The translations under genes were made by a program, and so were the position numbers. From positions 8,290 through 72,289 of the forward strand of contig CAZXHH010000002.1 of NCBI GenBank assembly GCA_964639615.1: a stretch of DNA of 64,000 nt. Reading direction: 5' to 3'. The DNA comes from Candidatus Woesearchaeota archaeon. GTDB taxonomy: Archaea; Nanobdellota; Nanobdellia; Pacearchaeales; GW2011-AR1. This document shows positions 59,941 through 64,000 of this stretch, one piece after another; positions within the stretch are counted from its first letter, which is position 1; each line of letters starts with the position of its first letter. The notes beneath the pieces were generated by a model that did no database searches, was not told where the DNA came from, and saw only the letters and a program-made list of their open reading frames with translations.

Positions 59941-61899
59941 CTAATCTGCCTTCCAAGAAGCATACAAAGGTCCAATAATCTCCTTGCCTGAGTCTGTTAT
60001 GCTTACAGGATAAATCTCTATTTTAAGCAATTTTCCTTCAAGCTTTCCTGTCAAATCAAAATTATAATTGACTGTTACAAGCTGATTATTCAGTCTGTCT
60101 ACTCTTTCAATATAAGAAGAAGTAGAATTTGAAAATTTAATCATGATGTGATTAACATTAGTAATTGCTGTTGAAGAACTTGTAATAGCATTTACAACCT
60201 GCTGATAAATTTCAATTAAAGAGCTTATATTTATAGCAGAATAATAATTTCCTTCTCCACATATAGAAATATTTTTCAAAGCTTCTTCATTTACAAGTTC
60301 TCCTGCTCCAATAGCATGAACAACTAAATCCCCTAAAAGAGTTACAGCATCGCAAGCAGATTGAGTTGCATCTGTAATTGCATCGCCTGTATTTTGTTCT
60401 GGACACTCCTGCCCAGCTTCTCCATCACTCATCACAATAATCTTTTTTGATTTCTCTTCACTCGATTGCAAATCTAATTTATCTGCAGCCTCATTTATTC
60501 CGCAACAAATACAAGTTCCAGTATAGGGTTGCCAAGCATCAATTGTTTGATTTAACAATGCTCCATTGTTTGTTAAGTCTACACTTTCGGAATCTAAAAA
60601 GCTAGTGCTATATGCAACTAAACCTACCCTATTTTGATTTGATGCACTTAGAAGAGAGACTGCCATCTGTTTGTTTGCTTCTTTTGTAGGAGTTAACATA
60701 TCTACCCAACTTGCATTCTTATAAAAAACAACAGGTGTAGAATAGCCTGCTGTTGAAAGTCCAGAGATAATTGTAGAATTTGCATTCCATCTATTTTGAG
60801 AAACACTCCAGACATATCCATTAAATGCAGAACTTAATTCTCCTGAAATCATATATAAGGAAGAATCTTTGTAAAAAACATAAGGAGTTGACCTATCTCC
60901 AATATCTACTAAATTACTTACAATAGTTGAATTAACAATCCAATTTGTCCCATTCCAAATAAATCCATTAAATGTTCCAGCACTATTTCCTGAAATTAAA
61001 TATAAATTTGCACCTTTGTAAAATACTGTTGGTGCAGAATTGCTTCCTATATCAGGTAAAGAAGCATTAACTGTGAAATTAATTTCCCAATGATCAAGAT
61101 TCCAGCTAAATCCATTAAATGTTCCTGCACTATTTCCTGAGATCAAATATAAATTTGCACCTTTGTAAAATATAGCAGGTGTAGAATAATCTCCTACATC
61201 TGGAAGAGAAGCATTTATTATTGAATCAGGGACCCAATTTAAAAAATCCCAAATATATCCATTAAAATTACCTGTAGACTCTCCAGACAATAAATATAAA
61301 GAATTATTCTTATAAAAAACAGCAGGTGCTGAATTAGAACCAATATCTGCTAGGTTAGTTGTTATTCCCGAATTTGAAGCCCAAGTAGTATCAAAACTAA
61401 ATCCATTAAACAAACCACTACTTCTTCCTCTTATTAAATACCAGCTTCCAGAACATCCTGGAGCAGAAAGACAATTTGTTCCTTGATCAGTATCTGCACC
61501 ATAACCTATTCTATTATCAGAATTATAACTTGTTCCATGAATTATATTTGTACGACAACTACTCGATACACCAATACACTGAGTCATGCTACCAGATAAA
61601 TCTACAACAGAATAAACATCTGTTGGAACAACTTCAGTTATGATAGTAATATTTTTCTTTTGTGTTACATTAACTTTCTCGCCTTCAATTTTTATTAGAG
61701 AGATATTAACCAAAGGCTCATTAATTCTAACAGACATTTCGACTCTCTCATTAAAAAATTCTTTTCTCAAAGCAACTCCTTCAGATTGACTGATTATTAA
61801 ATTTTTAACAACAACCCAAATTATCATGATTGCAATGAAAGTTAACATTATAATTAGAAGAGTTGCTATTATTGACGACATTCCCCTCTTTTTTATCAT
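59941..61899 (-). CDS. Type IV pilin-like adhesin: class III signal peptide and VWA domain interrupted by ~49-aa repeats
   Basis: KKRG-MSSIIATLLII; MIDAS DLSGSM ... VGLVAY ... GT ... VMSDGE; repeats D.G..S.P..FYK...LY.ISG...G.FNG..W. Confidence 0.8.
   Translation of the reverse strand: MIKKRGMSSIIATLLIIMLTFIAIMIIWVVVKNLIISQSEGVALRKEFFNERVEMSVRINEPLVNISLIKIEGEKVNVTQKKNITIITEVVPTDVYSVVDLSGSMTQCIGVSSSCRTNIIHGTSYNSDNRIGYGADTDQGTNCLSAPGCSGSWYLIRGRSSGLFNGFSFDTTWASNSGITTNLADIGSNSAPAVFYKNNSLYLLSGESTGNFNGYIWDFLNWVPDSIINASLPDVGDYSTPAIFYKGANLYLISGNSAGTFNGFSWNLDHWEINFTVNASLPDIGSNSAPTVFYKGANLYLISGNSAGTFNGFIWNGTNWIVNSTIVSNLVDIGDRSTPYVFYKDSSLYMISGELSSAFNGYVWSVSQNRWNANSTIISGLSTAGYSTPVVFYKNASWVDMLTPTKEANKQMAVSLLSASNQNRVGLVAYSTSFLDSESVDLTNNGALLNQTIDAWQPYTGTCICCGINEAADKLDLQSSEEKSKKIIVMSDGEAGQECPEQNTGDAITDATQSACDAVTLLGDLVVHAIGAGELVNEEALKNISICGEGNYYSAINISSLIEIYQQVVNAITSSSTAITNVNHIMIKFSNSTSSYIERVDRLNNQLVTVNYNFDLTGKLEGKLLKIEIYPVSITDSGKEIIGPLYASWKAD
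60720..61440 (-). repeat. About five 147-nt tandem repeats (beta-propeller-blade-like; approximate bounds)
   Basis: Near-identical DNA starting at 60961 and 61108. Confidence 0.8.
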
Positions 61900-62115
61900 A
61901 AACTATTAAGGAAATACGAATATATTAAGTTTATCTTTGTAGAATTAATTATTCTCCTTACACCAAAGTATAGAGTTTCCTGAGAAATGTTAAATTAGCA
62001 TAATAAAATTCTATCGATTATTATAGTGTCAAATATATTGAGCAACTAATATCAATATGACAAACCACTGTTATAGATAACTAATTCATTCTGAAGAACG
62101 CAAATTTATTTTAAT

Positions 62116-63507
62116 CTAATTATTCTCTTCTTCTAAATCTCTTCTTGTTCTAGGTTCAAGCATGAAGAAAGCCTGATTTGAATGAGCTTCTTTTACTTTT
62201 CCTTCTCTTTCATAAACTGCAGTTGTAGAAGGCAAAGCAAACTTACCTAAAACTCCAATCTTTGAATAAATTATATATGAGAAAACTCTTCTTTCTCCTG
62301 GTTGCATTCTTTCAAAATTCCATTCAATTCTTCTGTTCTTTTCATCTATTCTTGAAGGTCTTTCTCCTCCAAACTTCTCGTGTACTTTTGCAATAAATGG
62401 AAGTCTATCAATTACACTTATTTTTTCTATGAAATTCTTAGCTTCAACTAAAACCATAACCTTAAGTGCAAATTCTCCACCTTTAGCATTAACAAACATT
62501 ACTTTCTTCTTTAATACAATATTTCTATTTGAAGTTAATTTAACAACAATTACAACTAATACAATCAATAAGATAATTGCAAAAGGGAGTATCCAATTAG
62601 TTCTAACAGTTATTGTTAATGCCTCTCCAGGAGGGATTTCATTAGACCAAGTATAGTATACTAAAAAGCCATTTCTTTCAACAGTATTTGGCTCTGGGCT
62701 AAAATGAGTGAATAGTCTTGAAACAACATTTTTTCTAATAACAGTTTCTGTCTTTGCAAGCACATTTCCTTCATTCACTTTTTCAATTACATTTGTATTT
62801 ATTATAACTCCATAAGTCTTTTTATTTGTTGTAAGAATATCTTTTTCTGTAAACTTAAGTGTGCCTTCAAGATTTCCATTTAAGCCTTTAGCCTCAACAT
62901 CTGCATGGAAAGTATAATATCCTGCCATCAATTTTTTGAAATCATCTTTATTAAGAGTTATTGAAAAATCATTTCTCTGGTTTGGACCTAAACTAAATTC
63001 TTTTTCAAAATCAAAAAATGCAGAAGTAAAATGAACATTTACATTTTCAAAGTTATAATTTACTTTATTATGAATATATACTGTAAGTGTTGTTGAATCT
63101 GGGTCAAACTCAGCAGAGCCTATTTCAAATGCATCTGCAAAATTTAAAATATCTAATGTTAAGGGGTTTTGAATTGAATCTCCTTCAGAATCTCTTATAA
63201 AATAATCAAAAGTATAATATCCTGCTTTAATTTTTTCAGGAGGATAGATTTCAAGAGCAATATCTTTTGTTTCTCTTGTATTTAATAAAACAGCTCCTTT
63301 AGGATTTAAATCCTGACTAAAATAGCTATAAAAGAAAATATTTTGTTCTGAACCTTTATTAGTAACTTCTAAATTAAAAACTGCAGGGTCATCTAATCCA
63401 ATAATATAAACCTCATTAGAACTCTTTTTTTCAACATTAATATTTAATGCGAACATGAACGGCATTACTAAAATCAATGCTGCAAATAATACAAACACCT
63501 TTTTCAT
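62116..63507 (-). CDS. Hypothetical membrane protein with Ig-like extracellular domains, TM and C-terminal beta domain
   Basis: Signal peptide, TM WILPFAIILLIVLVVIVV. Confidence 0.75.
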   Translation of the reverse strand: MKKVFVLFAALILVMPFMFALNINVEKKSSNEVYIIGLDDPAVFNLEVTNKGSEQNIFFYSYFSQDLNPKGAVLLNTRETKDIALEIYPPEKIKAGYYTFDYFIRDSEGDSIQNPLTLDILNFADAFEIGSAEFDPDSTTLTVYIHNKVNYNFENVNVHFTSAFFDFEKEFSLGPNQRNDFSITLNKDDFKKLMAGYYTFHADVEAKGLNGNLEGTLKFTEKDILTTNKKTYGVIINTNVIEKVNEGNVLAKTETVIRKNVVSRLFTHFSPEPNTVERNGFLVYYTWSNEIPPGEALTITVRTNWILPFAIILLIVLVVIVVKLTSNRNIVLKKKVMFVNAKGGEFALKVMVLVEAKNFIEKISVIDRLPFIAKVHEKFGGERPSRIDEKNRRIEWNFERMQPGERRVFSYIIYSKIGVLGKFALPSTTAVYEREGKVKEAHSNQAFFMLEPRTRRDLEEENN

Positions 63508-63556
63508 GAGAAAATTAAATAAAATTCATATTTAAGTATTTCGGTTCTCTTATTTA

Positions 63557-64000
63557 TTATTTCTTTCCCTCTAAATCCAAGAATGCCTTAGCTTGTCCAA
63601 GGAATTCATTGCAATCAGAAACAAGTTTTCCTTCATATTCTTTTATTCTAGAGACAATAACCCACTTTTCATAAATCCCTCTCATAAATTTCTGAGTAGA
63701 AGTTTTTTCAAATTTACCGTCATAATCTCTAATTAAAGTACCTTTAATTGCAACTTCGATACTTCCTTTATTCATCTTTATTTTTTTGTTATCTTTTGTA
63801 ATCTCAACATTAGTTAAACCTAAAACTTCAAACTTAACATCCACCTGGAATTTGAAATAATCAGTTACTTTTCTTCCACCACTCCATTCAACTTTTATAT
63901 TCTTTGCATCTCCCGATATTTTCTCTGCATATTTGTTTTCAATCATATCAAACCCTGCTTCTTCTGCAAGCCACTGATAACAGAATTTGTAAAAACTCTT
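63557..64000 (-). CDS. Hypothetical protein, 5' end lies beyond the window
   Basis: Frame stays open from 63946 to the window edge (KSFYKFCYQWLAEEAGFDM). Confidence 0.7.
   Translation of the reverse strand, partial: KSFYKFCYQWLAEEAGFDMIENKYAEKISGDAKNIKVEWSGGRKVTDYFKFQVDVKFEVLGLTNVEITKDNKKIKMNKGSIEVAIKGTLIRDYDGKFEKTSTQKFMRGIYEKWVIVSRIKEYEGKLVSDCNEFLGQAKAFLDLEGKK

Noticed and set aside
430..62656. Numerous 60-160 aa antisense or nested ORFs in the track (e.g. 1115..1504, 22508..22990, 34757..35005, 50155..50538)
   Set aside because: They shadow well-supported genes on the opposite strand or another frame and have F/L/S/I-rich antisense composition.

Overview
AT-rich, gene-dense archaeal chromosome segment. 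The markers are eL33/L35Ae, uL16/L10e, eS6, aIF2-gamma, aIF5B, thermosome, a BHB-type tRNA intron and TATA boxes about 30 nt before start codons. Gene content and style (bacterial-type gyrase, TIM-barrel plus nucleotidyltransferase-HEPN genes, many short orphans) fit a DPANN archaeon, most likely Pacearchaeota-like; that assignment is inference. The window holds about 70 CDS, including five small ORFs missed by the ORF track, and four tRNAs: Gly-GCC, Val-TAC, Asp-GTC and Tyr-GTA with an 86-nt intron. No CRISPR array, rRNA, transposase or integrase was seen. Main leads: (1) unrelated orphan proteins share a short terminal x-L-E-x-[KI]-[LIT] type peptide; several look bacterium-directed (an outer-membrane beta-barrel-like protein, a Bacteroidota-like TPR-PP2C phosphatase, an RsbW-like GHKL protein), and two orphan loci share a 25/27-nt promoter element, suggesting a host-directed effector set. 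(2) A receptor-like protein with Cys-rich ectodomain, TM, coiled coil and HNH nuclease. (3) A gyrB-HD-Zn ribbon-acidic protein-gyrA operon in which GyrA lacks an acidic tail. (4) Two paralogous MNT-HEPN fusions beside an EndoIV-like TIM barrel. (5) Two tRNAs with C55. (6) A strict stop-N-ATG junction spacing. (7) A two-state leader before a DEAD-box helicase. All functional hypotheses are untested; no searches could be run.
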